Below, in pieces: positions 18,432 to 27,586 of a DNA stretch of 64,000 nucleotides. The notes beneath the pieces were generated by a model. The model worked only from the letters and a program-made list of their open reading frames with translations. It had not been told where the DNA came from and made no database searches. The translations under genes were made by a program, and so were the position numbers. Origin of the DNA: an uncultured Myxococcales bacterium (GTDB lineage Bacteria > Myxococcota_A > Polyangia > JAAYKL01); the NCBI GenBank assembly GCA_964530995.1, contig CAZHCG010000001.1, positions 14,942 through 78,941 of the forward strand, given 5' to 3'. Position 1 is the first letter of the stretch. Every line of letters starts with the position of its first letter.

Positions 18432-18949
18432 GGACCCAGAGCCACAGGATGCACCCGGGCGGCCACGCCGGTCTGGTCAACGTCAACGCGAACGACCACC
18501 ACGAGCAGCCCACATTCGTGGAGTTCAGCGACACCACGACTGTCATCGCCCCAATGCCATTCGGCCCAGGAACCATTGACATCATCCTGCCGTGGGCGGC
18601 TGACGTGGTGCTGTTCGACCTGCGCTCCGTCAGGACCGTGGGCGAAGGGTCGCTCAAGGCTGGGGTCACCGGCATCACCGGCAGGTCCCAGTACTTCGAC
18701 GCCACTTGCGCGTCCATCGGCGGCAGAGGGACTACAGCGGCTACTGCCTACGGAGCGATATATAGCAAGGCCGCCTCGGCGCTGAACCTATCCCACAAAG
18801 TGTTCTCCTCAAGCGGCGCGGACGTCAGCCTGACGGACGCCTGGATCACGACCAGCGGGCCAAACACCGTCCTCAGGCTCGAGTTCACGAACTACAGCGC
18901 CGGCAACCGGACCCTAAACGTGTGGGGGACCGTCGAGGTGTTGGGATGA
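18428..18949 (+). CDS. member C of the tandem paralog family
   Basis: NDHHEQPTF…; C-terminal LTDAWITTSGPNTVLRLEFTNYSAGNRTL. Confidence 0.55.
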   Translation: MRTQSHRMHPGGHAGLVNVNANDHHEQPTFVEFSDTTTVIAPMPFGPGTIDIILPWAADVVLFDLRSVRTVGEGSLKAGVTGITGRSQYFDATCASIGGRGTTAATAYGAIYSKAASALNLSHKVFSSSGADVSLTDAWITTSGPNTVLRLEFTNYSAGNRTLNVWGTVEVLG

Positions 18950-20202
18950 CGCTACGAGTGCTGGCCATCTGCCAGGAGGACCCCGAGCACATCCTCGGCG
19001 GGATGGGCCGGCACGTCGGCGAGCTGTACGCGACGATGGCGCGCAGGTCTGATGTGGAAGTGGACCTGCTGACATGCGGCGTGGGCGACGAGCCCACGAC
19101 CTGGCGCGGATTCACCAAGTGGCCCGGCGACAAGCTCGTGGCGTGGAAGCCGCGCAGTCCTGACATGTCGAGCCTACTGATGAGCGACATCCAGATGCTG
19201 CGCCAGCTCACGCAGATGCTGGCCGACGGGCGCCGCTGGGACGTCGTGCACGTCCACGAGTGGAACGCCCTCCAGGTCGCCAGGGCCGCCCGGGACGCGC
19301 TTCGAGTGCCTCTGGTCGGCACGATGCACCTCTGCATCACGTACCTCATGGAGGACGGCGGTGGAATCAGCGGCGAGATGAAGGATCAGGAGATGTACCT
19401 GATGCAGATGGAGGGCCACCTCGCCGTCGACACCGACGAGTTCATCATCTGCTCGGACGCCTACCGTCGGCTCACAAGCCGGCTGTTCATGACGGACCGC
19501 GACACCAACGTGATCTACAACGGCATCGATACGCAGAGGTGGAGCCCGGAGCTGGGGGACGCCAAGAGCGCTCTCAGACGGCACGGACTGCCGTGGGATC
19601 GACCCATCTGCCTGTTCGTCGGGCGCATCGCCGAGATGAAGGGCATCCGCACGATCATGGACGCCGTCGAGCGCGAGGACAACGGCTGGTTCTACGCCCT
19701 CGCCGGCGAGATCAACGCCAACACCAAGGCGGCCCGTGACTCGTGGGACGTCACCCAGCGGCTCGAGCGCATGAACGAGGAGCTCCCGGACCGATTCAAG
19801 TGGGTCGGATTCCAGCAGGGCCAAGCGCTCAAGGACCTGTACGCCGCGGCGACGGTCGGCCTGATGCCCAGCCACCACGAGCCGTTCGGCCTGGTCGCCC
19901 TCGAGCACATGGCGATGGGCGTGCCGCTCATCAGCACGGAAGTCGACGGCCTTGGCGAGGTGGTCATGGACGAGGCCGGCGTCGAGTACGCGATGATAGT
20001 GCCGCCGCGCAGCGTTGAAGACATCCTGGAGGCCCTGGAGATCCTCAGCGACCCGAAGCCGCGCGAGGAGCTCAGGCGGCTGGGCCTTCAGCGCGCCAGT
20101 CAGTTCGACTGGCACGAAATCGCGGCTCAGACGGTTGACGTTTACCGACGAGCCGTACTGAATCACAGCCGCCCGCAGGAGGCCGCATGTTCATCATACT
20201 GA
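18946..20202 (+). CDS. GT4-family (GT-B fold) glycosyltransferase
   Basis: N-terminal GGMGRHV; C-terminal signature HHEPFGLVALEHMAMGVPLIST. Confidence 0.85.
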   Translation: MTLRVLAICQEDPEHILGGMGRHVGELYATMARRSDVEVDLLTCGVGDEPTTWRGFTKWPGDKLVAWKPRSPDMSSLLMSDIQMLRQLTQMLADGRRWDVVHVHEWNALQVARAARDALRVPLVGTMHLCITYLMEDGGGISGEMKDQEMYLMQMEGHLAVDTDEFIICSDAYRRLTSRLFMTDRDTNVIYNGIDTQRWSPELGDAKSALRRHGLPWDRPICLFVGRIAEMKGIRTIMDAVEREDNGWFYALAGEINANTKAARDSWDVTQRLERMNEELPDRFKWVGFQQGQALKDLYAAATVGLMPSHHEPFGLVALEHMAMGVPLISTEVDGLGEVVMDEAGVEYAMIVPPRSVEDILEALEILSDPKPREELRRLGLQRASQFDWHEIAAQTVDVYRRAVLNHSRPQEAACSSY

Positions 20203-20681
20203 CCGAGCCCGTGCAGGTGCCGGACCTGAACCGCATCTCCATCGCCAACATCGAGATCGAGCACAACCCTCAGCGCGGGCGCGCGTGGGCCGAGATCTGG
20301 TGCGTGTGGGGCTACCTCGAGGAGCCGGGCAACCCCATGTCATTCGTCGAGTGCAAGCACCCCGTCACCGGTGAGGACGCGACCCTCTTCAAGATCGAGG
20401 ACGGCCACCACCCCATCGCCCACGACATGGCGCTGGGCAAGTGCCCCACCTGCGGGGCGTGGCATCAGCGGATCTCGAGCGTCTGCGGGGTGGACGGGTG
20501 CGATGGGGACGTGGCGCCCTACGACGGGTTCACCCGGGTCATGGCCGAGATGACCGCGGATGGGGAAGACGTCGGCACGGCGGTTCAGCGGATCGCGTAC
20601 ACCTTCCTCCTGACCGAGGTGATCCCCGATCATAACACGTGGGAGCTGCGCCCCCTGGTGGCGGGCACGCCGGAGGTGTAG
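20187..20681 (+). CDS. hypothetical Cys/His-containing protein
   Basis: Overlaps the previous stop; CKHP…CPTCGAWH…CGVDGC. Confidence 0.5.
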   Translation: MFIILTEPVQVPDLNRISIANIEIEHNPQRGRAWAEIWCVWGYLEEPGNPMSFVECKHPVTGEDATLFKIEDGHHPIAHDMALGKCPTCGAWHQRISSVCGVDGCDGDVAPYDGFTRVMAEMTADGEDVGTAVQRIAYTFLLTEVIPDHNTWELRPLVAGTPEV

Positions 20682-20685
20682 GGCG

Positions 20686-22041
20686 ATGAACGGCAGCAGC
20701 GTCAGAATCATAGACGGAGACACCGAGCGCATCGAGACGCAGGCGCTCGACGATGCAGAGGACCCGCTCACCGGGGTCACGGACCTGCTCATCTCCATCC
20801 GTCGGGTGAGCGACGACTTCTACTACGACTTCAACGACAACACATTCAAGTCCACTGGGTGGACCACCAGGCGTCAGGCTATGACGGAGCTCGACGCCAC
20901 CAACGACCCGGGCCTGTACTACTACGACTTCGACACCTCGGCCATCACCAACGAGGCGGCAGACGACACCTACATGGTGCGCGTCGAGCAGTCCCCCGGA
21001 ACCACCGTGGAGAACCTGCCGCAGAGCGGGGAGATCAAGGTCGACCAGTGGCCGAAGGATATTATCGACGACGTTGCCACCGTAGACGGTGTCGTCGACG
21101 ACATCCTGGTAGACACCAACGAGATGCAGAGCAAGCTGCCCACGAACAACATCATGGGGAGCAGCGACAAGGCGGACCATGACGGCGAGATCGGCGACAT
21201 CCTCACTGACACCGCGGCGATGCAGCCGCTGGTCAGCGCCAACCTGGACGACTCGATCAGCAACGTCAGAGCTGACATCGCGGCTCTCAACGACATCGAT
21301 CAGGCGGGCGTCCAGGCGGCCCTGACGGCCCAGGGGTACACCTCGGTCAGGGCCGGGCTCCTGGACAACCTCGACCAGGCCATCAGCTCCTTGAACGACC
21401 TGTCCATCGCAGACGTGCAGACCGCGCTGACGAACCAGGGGTACACGGCTCTTCGGGCGGCGGCCCTGGACAACCTAGACGCCGCAATCTCGACGGTCCT
21501 CGGGGCCATCGGCGCTCTCAACGACCTGAGCCAGGCCGACGTGCAGTCCGCCATGACCTCGCAGGGCTACACGACCATCAGGGCGGCCCTGCTGGACAAC
21601 CTGGACGCGGCCATCACGGCAATCCCGGCGGCGGTTGACGTCGTCCTGTCGGCGGCTCACGGCAGCGGGAGCTGGGAGGACGCCGGGGCGATGGCCGCCG
21701 ACGTCGTGATCGAGTACATCAACGGCAACTTCAAGGTCGGCGTGACGATGATCGAGCATGGGGAGGTTGTCACGGACTTCGACTCCGTGGCCGCCGAGAT
21801 CCATGAGGTCGATGGCGCCGCGACCCTAGTGGTGGACCTCGGCACGCAGAACAGCGACAACGCCGACGGCACCTTCATCTTCACCGACACCCCGACCCTG
21901 GACTACGGGGAGGTGTACGCACTCGTCATTGTGGCAACCCGTGGCCTCGACACCTGGAACCTCCACTTCGGGTTCCCGGCAGAGCGCCTGGCCGACCAGT
22001 TCCGTGTGACGAGGAACCTGGTGGTAGGCACGGGGGTGTAG
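20686..22041 (+). CDS. repeat-containing protein, probably structural, with three 35-aa tandem repeats
   Basis: Repeats LND(I/L)xxAxVQxA(L/M)TxQGYTxxRAxLLDNLDxAI(S/T), each occurring three times. Confidence 0.55.
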   Translation: MNGSSVRIIDGDTERIETQALDDAEDPLTGVTDLLISIRRVSDDFYYDFNDNTFKSTGWTTRRQAMTELDATNDPGLYYYDFDTSAITNEAADDTYMVRVEQSPGTTVENLPQSGEIKVDQWPKDIIDDVATVDGVVDDILVDTNEMQSKLPTNNIMGSSDKADHDGEIGDILTDTAAMQPLVSANLDDSISNVRADIAALNDIDQAGVQAALTAQGYTSVRAGLLDNLDQAISSLNDLSIADVQTALTNQGYTALRAAALDNLDAAISTVLGAIGALNDLSQADVQSAMTSQGYTTIRAALLDNLDAAITAIPAAVDVVLSAAHGSGSWEDAGAMAADVVIEYINGNFKVGVTMIEHGEVVTDFDSVAAEIHEVDGAATLVVDLGTQNSDNADGTFIFTDTPTLDYGEVYALVIVATRGLDTWNLHFGFPAERLADQFRVTRNLVVGTGV

Positions 22042-22042
22042 C

Positions 22043-22561
22043 GTGTACGTCGTCGGTTTCAGCAAGAAGATGACGTTCCTCGCCAGAGCGATCATGTGGT
22101 TCACGAAGAGCCACACGAGCCACACCTACGTCCGCCAGGGCGACACGGAGACCGGGTATGTCTTCGAGTCCGACGAGCGTGGGGCCAACAACCAGTGGGC
22201 CCCCGTGTTCTACCGCGAGGGCAGCGGCAACATCATCGTCGAGGAGTACCTCATCGAACTGCCGGACGAGCTACTCAACGACGGATGGGACGTTACACAG
22301 CGACAGCACCTGAATCAAAAGTACGGATACCTACAGCTCGTCGGAGACGCCATTTCCATCCTGGTCGAGTGGGCATTCAAGAAGAAGGTCAAGAATCCGT
22401 TCGGCAACGCCTATACCGTCGTGTGCAGTGAACTGGTGCTGGCATTCCTCGTAAACTCAGACATCCCTGGCTTCGCGGACATGGACCCAGAGCTCGTTAG
22501 CCCCGAAGATCTGTTGGAAGTGATTCACACCATGCCGGCCACGTTCCAACGGTTGACTTGA
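22043..22561 (+). CDS. hypothetical protein
   Basis: GTG start; lower-GC codon usage. Confidence 0.45.
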   Translation: MYVVGFSKKMTFLARAIMWFTKSHTSHTYVRQGDTETGYVFESDERGANNQWAPVFYREGSGNIIVEEYLIELPDELLNDGWDVTQRQHLNQKYGYLQLVGDAISILVEWAFKKKVKNPFGNAYTVVCSELVLAFLVNSDIPGFADMDPELVSPEDLLEVIHTMPATFQRLT

Positions 22562-22637
22562 GGCTCGCAGCTCGACGAACTGATAGGGATGGACAGGGTG
22601 CGCGCTACAGGGCAGTATAGGGTGGACGGAGGCGTTG

Positions 22638-24410
22638 ATGTCTGACGACAACCCGGTTGTGACACAGAATCCGAGCATCATCCTCGACAAAGAGGTGATC
22701 GACGTCCCGCTGATGATCGGCGAACTTCCTGGCACGCCGGCTCAGGATACCGATCCTGACGAGATGTTCGGCGGCGGCATGGCCAAGCAGCCCGTGCCTC
22801 CCAAGGAGGCGCTGCGCCTGATGCTTCGATGCGGCGCGCTGATGGCCGTCAGCCACGCCGTGGCTGAGGGGACCGCAGGCTCCGGCTACGACATCATTCC
22901 GCGCACGCGCGGCATTGACGTCGATCATCCGGATCGCTGGCCGGCCGACGTGAATGATCAGTTCCAACGAATCCAGGCGTTCATCCAGACGGCGTTCCAC
23001 GGCGAGCAGGACATGTCACTGCGCACCGGCTTCTACCGAGAGGAGCACGACAGGTTCTCAATCGGCTGGGGAGGCGTCATCGTCCACCGTGGCATCAAGG
23101 ACGCTAACAGCGACCTTCCGCCGCCACCCAAGGGGCTCGGACGGTTCGAGGCGTGCGGCGGGAAGTTCACCAAGCCGGACCGCAAGCCGACGATGGTGCC
23201 CGTGCCCGTGGGATTGGACGACGGCTCCATCGTCTGGGTGGAGGTGCCGCGCTTCTTCCGCCGCATCAGGTACCAGTCCAGCGGCGGCGCGATCATGTGG
23301 TTCAAGGAGTACGGCGACTGGCGCAGCATGGACGCCAAGACGGGAAAGTTCTCGTCCGGCGTCACGCACACCCCACCGACCAAGGAGTGGGCGCACGGTC
23401 GATACACCGGTGGGGCGCTGCCCAAGACCGCCGTTCCGGCAGTCGAGGTTGCCCACTGGGAGACGCCGTTTCCTGGCGTGTACCCGTACGGCGTCAGCGC
23501 GTGGCACGCGGAGATGACGGCCATCAGGTCGTCGCACGAGCACGCCAGCCTGATGCTGGACTACCTCAAGTCCGGATTGCACTCGGTGATCGTTGCCGCG
23601 GCCAACAGGTCATTCGAGTCCGGCACGGCCGACGCCGCCGTGAAGAAGATCGACGAGCTGGGGCGCGGGCGCGAGGGGCTCGGCGCCCTGGTCCTCATCG
23701 AGCTGCAGCCCATCGACAGCAAGCAGACCGGGTACAACTCCATGTTCGATCAGGACAGGACCGGCGACCGCGGGCGGCTGGTGCTGCACGAGCTCCACAC
23801 CAAGCTGCCGTCCGAGCTGATGAATAACACGTTCAGCGAGGCGCTGTCCACCAGGATCTCCAACGCAGAACGCATCCCCGGGTTGCTGCTCGGCCGCTCA
23901 GAGTCCTACAACTTCGCCACTGCTGCCGCGGCTTGGATGACGGCCAACCGCTTGCGGTTCAGGCCGCACCACATGACCCGCGAGTCATTCCTCGACGCGC
24001 TGCTTATCGAGATGGGCATCACGCACTGGCGGCTTGCCGTGCGTTCGCCCGAGTGGGACGAGCAGGAGAAGATCTCCAGCGTGGTCCAGTCCATCGGCCA
24101 GATGGGCGGTATCAGCGTGAATCGAGCGCTGCAGCTGCTCGGCCGCGCGGTCGGCATCGAGACTACTCCGATCACCGAGTGGTGGGGCGACATCCCACTC
24201 GTGCTAGTTACCAAGATCCTCGAGGCCGAAGACCCGCAGGCCATGCTCGACGCGCTCAAGCTGCCCGGCGAGCCTCAGATCCCGATGGACCGGTCCAGCG
24301 TGTCAGATCCGGTGTCCAAGGCCATCGACACTTTGAACGCTGCGGCGGAGGAGGCCGCGGGTTCGCGTTCGGGCGATGGGGCGCGACCCCCTGAGGGTGG
24401 CACCGAGTAG
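22638..24410 (+). CDS. large hypothetical protein, possibly a portal or morphogenesis protein
   Basis: GGACGGAGG ribosome-binding site; roughly 590 aa; no definitive motif. Confidence 0.5.
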   Translation: MSDDNPVVTQNPSIILDKEVIDVPLMIGELPGTPAQDTDPDEMFGGGMAKQPVPPKEALRLMLRCGALMAVSHAVAEGTAGSGYDIIPRTRGIDVDHPDRWPADVNDQFQRIQAFIQTAFHGEQDMSLRTGFYREEHDRFSIGWGGVIVHRGIKDANSDLPPPPKGLGRFEACGGKFTKPDRKPTMVPVPVGLDDGSIVWVEVPRFFRRIRYQSSGGAIMWFKEYGDWRSMDAKTGKFSSGVTHTPPTKEWAHGRYTGGALPKTAVPAVEVAHWETPFPGVYPYGVSAWHAEMTAIRSSHEHASLMLDYLKSGLHSVIVAAANRSFESGTADAAVKKIDELGRGREGLGALVLIELQPIDSKQTGYNSMFDQDRTGDRGRLVLHELHTKLPSELMNNTFSEALSTRISNAERIPGLLLGRSESYNFATAAAAWMTANRLRFRPHHMTRESFLDALLIEMGITHWRLAVRSPEWDEQEKISSVVQSIGQMGGISVNRALQLLGRAVGIETTPITEWWGDIPLVLVTKILEAEDPQAMLDALKLPGEPQIPMDRSSVSDPVSKAIDTLNAAAEEAAGSRSGDGARPPEGGTE

Positions 24411-24417
24411 CACAGCT

Positions 24418-24426
24418 TGATATACT
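24418..24426 (+). promoter_or_regulatory. extended -10 promoter element TGATATACT
   Basis: Motif family member; heads the methyltransferase - kinase - ThyA-like operon. Confidence 0.5.
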
Positions 24427-24469
24427 ACAGGTAGTTAAATACGGCAACCACCGCAGCCGTGGAGACGAG

Positions 24470-25387
24470 ATGGGATCACAGAAGATGATGGCATGCATCA
24501 GGACTGGGCGCGTCTTCGCCGCAGACCAGGTGCCGGACGACACCGACGGGCTGATGCTCATGCCCGTGGAGGAGGCCGAGCCGTACTACGAGCAGTGGAC
24601 TCGCTCGGCGGCCATTCCGCATGAGCGCACGGACGATGGAAGATTCGACCGCTCCCATCTGTCCACCGAGCACGCGTACCGACTCGGTCGCGATTACTTC
24701 GCGCACTGCCTGAGGTACGGGTGGCCGATGACGCTGGTGCGCCAGCACGTCGGCCCCGGCGGCCGCATCATGGACGTGGGATGCGGCAAGGAGATCCCGT
24801 TCTTCAGGGCCCTGACGTGCGACCACTCCGCCGTGACCTACTACAAGCCGGCGTTGTACGTCGCGGCTGACCTGAACGACATCAAGTACCGGCCTCGCAT
24901 CACCGGGTGCGAGACCCACATCCTCGACCACTGCAACGCCGTTGAGGACCTGAGTCGAGTCCCGAACGAGCCGTTCGACCTCGTGGTATCCTTCGAGGTG
25001 CTCGAGCACATGGACAAGGACGACGGCCTGAGGTTTCTCGAGGCGCTGGTGGGATTCGCTCGGCGCAAGCCTGAACGAGAAGGCAAGCCCGCGATCATCG
25101 CCCTGTCCACCCCGGTCAACGGCGGCACCATCGCCAAGAACCACATCTACGAGTGGGGCCGCTCCGAGCTGCGCCGCGCGTGGTGGAAGCTCGGCTGCGA
25201 CGTCGTGCAGGAGTACGGCACCTTCGCCAACCTGCGCGACATCACTCGAATGCTTACCAGCACCGAACTCGAGGTGTGGAACTCACTCGTGGACTACCAC
25301 AGCCCGCACACCCTGACGAGCATCTTCGCCACCAAGCATCCCGAAGCCGCCAGGAACATCGCCTGGCACGTCGAGGTGAGGCCGTGA
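24470..25387 (+). CDS. class I SAM-dependent methyltransferase
   Basis: Motif I RIMDVGCGKE; post-I FDLVVSFEVLEHM. Confidence 0.8.
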   Translation: MGSQKMMACIRTGRVFAADQVPDDTDGLMLMPVEEAEPYYEQWTRSAAIPHERTDDGRFDRSHLSTEHAYRLGRDYFAHCLRYGWPMTLVRQHVGPGGRIMDVGCGKEIPFFRALTCDHSAVTYYKPALYVAADLNDIKYRPRITGCETHILDHCNAVEDLSRVPNEPFDLVVSFEVLEHMDKDDGLRFLEALVGFARRKPEREGKPAIIALSTPVNGGTIAKNHIYEWGRSELRRAWWKLGCDVVQEYGTFANLRDITRMLTSTELEVWNSLVDYHSPHTLTSIFATKHPEAARNIAWHVEVRP

Positions 25388-26262
25388 TCATAGTGCTCGA
25401 GGGCGCAGATGGCGTGGGAAAGACCACCCTCGCCGACGCCATCGAGTCTCTGAATCCCGGCAACACGGTGAGATTCAACCATGGCCCGCCTCCAGACGGC
25501 GAGTCCGCGGCGATGCACTACGAGGAGTCCATACGCGACCTCGTCAGAGCCTCTGACGCTGGAACGGTAGTCGTGTGCGACAGGCTACACGTGGGTGAGC
25601 TGGTGTATGGCGCGGTGGTGCGAGACGATCCAGGCATCACCGTAGGCGAGGCATGCGTGTTCGACCTGACGCTGGAAGGCGCCGGCGCCTTGTTAGTTCA
25701 TTGCTCCGTGCCCAAGGCCGTCGCATTTCAGCGCATGATCGGTCGTGACGGCGGCAAGCCCGACGAGAAGAGCGGCGCGAAGACGTCTCACTGGCGCGCG
25801 TTGGCCGCCGGCTTTCGGCGCTACACCGGCGGAGTACTCACCGGGCACTGGCGCGACGCAGACCTGACGGGATACCCCCTTCAGGCCGCCACTGAACTGT
25901 CCATCGAGGCGCGCATGCGCCATCGGTTCGGGCCACCGGTCCCGAAGTTCCAGCTGGCTCTGCCCGACCCAGAGCCAGGCATCAGCAACACGTCGTGGAT
26001 CTGCCACCAGATGCGAATTCTTGGACTGCACCGTCAGTTCGAGTTTGCGACACCTGGCCACGTTAGAAACAATGTCCCAATCATCGCGTTGGGTGACGCC
26101 AGCGCGTGGCTGGACGTCGCTGCCATCGCCTACGAACGCCGAGTCCCCCACCGCGAAGACGAAGAGGACTATGACGAAGAGTCGGCGTGGCGCAGTGAGG
26201 TCTTTGACGCCGTGAAATGCGTGAAACGAGAGATGGGCCATGAAGAAAGGTGCACCAGATGA
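25384..26262 (+). CDS. P-loop nucleotide or nucleoside-monophosphate kinase
   Basis: GTGA overlap start; P-loop VLEGADGVGKTTLA. Confidence 0.65.
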   Translation: MIIVLEGADGVGKTTLADAIESLNPGNTVRFNHGPPPDGESAAMHYEESIRDLVRASDAGTVVVCDRLHVGELVYGAVVRDDPGITVGEACVFDLTLEGAGALLVHCSVPKAVAFQRMIGRDGGKPDEKSGAKTSHWRALAAGFRRYTGGVLTGHWRDADLTGYPLQAATELSIEARMRHRFGPPVPKFQLALPDPEPGISNTSWICHQMRILGLHRQFEFATPGHVRNNVPIIALGDASAWLDVAAIAYERRVPHREDEEDYDEESAWRSEVFDAVKCVKREMGHEERCTR

Positions 26263-26540
26263 AGTTCGATCTCAGCGTGATCGAGGAGATGCACGAGGCG
26301 CATCAGGCGACGTTCAAGCGCCTGTGCGACAAGGCGGAGCTGGAGGTCAAGAAGACCTCGGTGACCTTCTCGGAGGAGCAGATCAAGAAGGCGTCGGAGG
26401 ACCCGGGGTTCGCCAAGGGGTTCCCGATGTTCGCGGCGGCCTACGGGAAGGCCTCCAAGAGCTCGAAGAAGCCCGACAAGAAGTCCTCCAGCGACAAGTC
26501 CGTCAAGAAGGACAAGACCGAGGACAAGCCGCAGGACTAG
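26259..26540 (+). CDS. hypothetical K-rich small protein
   Basis: GAAAGG ribosome-binding site, then ATG; C-terminal KKPDKKSSSDKSVKKDK. Confidence 0.4.
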   Translation: MKFDLSVIEEMHEAHQATFKRLCDKAELEVKKTSVTFSEEQIKKASEDPGFAKGFPMFAAAYGKASKSSKKPDKKSSSDKSVKKDKTEDKPQD

Positions 26541-26626
26541 TCGGCGAGTTCGCCACAGGCGACGACCTCTGCAGGGCCGCACTGCGGTTCTGCCTAGCAC
26601 AGGAGTCTGAGGCCGCCCCGAGAGGC

Positions 26627-27559
26627 ATGGCGGTCAAGGAGTCGCTGCTCCCATCCGTCATGGTCCTGAAGGACGTGCACAGGCCGTTCTTCCTGTCACC
26701 GACGCGCAAGGCCAACTACCGATTCGGCCTGGCAGAGGCCTGCTGGATTCTCAGCGGCTCCGACGACGCCCAGCTCATCGGCAAGTTCAACAAGAACATG
26801 CTGAAGTTCAGCGACGACGGCAAGACGCTGTGGGGCGCCTACGGCCCGAGGCTCATGGGTCAAATGCCCCACGTCCTGAACAGCCTCAGGCGGGACGGGC
26901 ACAGCAGGCAGGCGGTGAGCTGCCCGTGGAGACCGCAGGTTGGGCCACTCGAGCTGTATGGCATGGACATCGACTGGCGTGGAGACCACAGAGACAGTCT
27001 CGGACTCACACTCGACCCCAACAATCAAAATGCCGAGTGGGACGGCGACTCCTGGCGCTCGAAGGACATCCCGTGCACGATCTTCATGCACTTCCAGATG
27101 CGCGATGGTAAGCTGTGCATGACGGCGTACATGAGGTCCAACGACGCGTACCTCGGCGTGCCGTACGACATCCTATCGTTCACCACCGTGCAGCGGGCCA
27201 TCGCGTCCGCCCTCGGCGCGGAGCCCGGGTGGTACTGCCACGTGGCGAGCAACCTGCACCTATACGAGCGCAACTTCGAGGACGCGGAGCGCGCCCTGAA
27301 AGACACCAGCGGCGTGGACAATCAGGTCGAACTTCCGCCCATGGGACGGGCGCTTTACGGAACGCTAGCGCCGCAGATCTCTCGTGTCTTCGAAGACATC
27401 TTCGATGAGACCCTGGGCGCGTGTGAGCACCACGTCGACTGGATCAAGCCATTCGTCGCAGCCATGCACCGCCGTCCTGACGTGTGGGACGGATGGCCGA
27501 GGCTGCTGCGTGCGACAGGGCGAAAGCCCCGCGTGGTGGCTACGAGCACAATCACGTGA
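26627..27559 (+). CDS. thymidylate-synthase-family pyrimidine C5 hydroxymethylase/methylase with Asn-to-Asp substitution at the ThyA Asn177 position, which in ThyA-family enzymes determines substrate pyrimidine (dCMP-type)
   Basis: GAGAGG ribosome-binding site; SRQAVSCPWRP; catalytic IPCTIFMHFQ; RSNDAYLGVPYDILSF aligns with ThyA RSCDVFLGLPFNIASY, placing D where ThyA has N. Confidence 0.75.
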   Translation: MAVKESLLPSVMVLKDVHRPFFLSPTRKANYRFGLAEACWILSGSDDAQLIGKFNKNMLKFSDDGKTLWGAYGPRLMGQMPHVLNSLRRDGHSRQAVSCPWRPQVGPLELYGMDIDWRGDHRDSLGLTLDPNNQNAEWDGDSWRSKDIPCTIFMHFQMRDGKLCMTAYMRSNDAYLGVPYDILSFTTVQRAIASALGAEPGWYCHVASNLHLYERNFEDAERALKDTSGVDNQVELPPMGRALYGTLAPQISRVFEDIFDETLGACEHHVDWIKPFVAAMHRRPDVWDGWPRLLRATGRKPRVVATSTIT

Positions 27560-27586
27560 TAGGATGTAGGTGATCTTGGGAGAGGC

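Noticed and set aside
19174-20166. 330-aa minus-strand ORF
   Set aside because: Antisense to the GT4 glycosyltransferase, whose motifs are unambiguous on the + strand.
26627-27559. Calling this an ordinary thymidylate synthase (thyA)
   Set aside because: The substrate-discriminating Asn is replaced by Asp in the aligned PYDILSF segment, and the gene is co-operonic with a kinase and a methyltransferase. It was annotated as a dCMP-type hydroxymethylase/methylase candidate instead.
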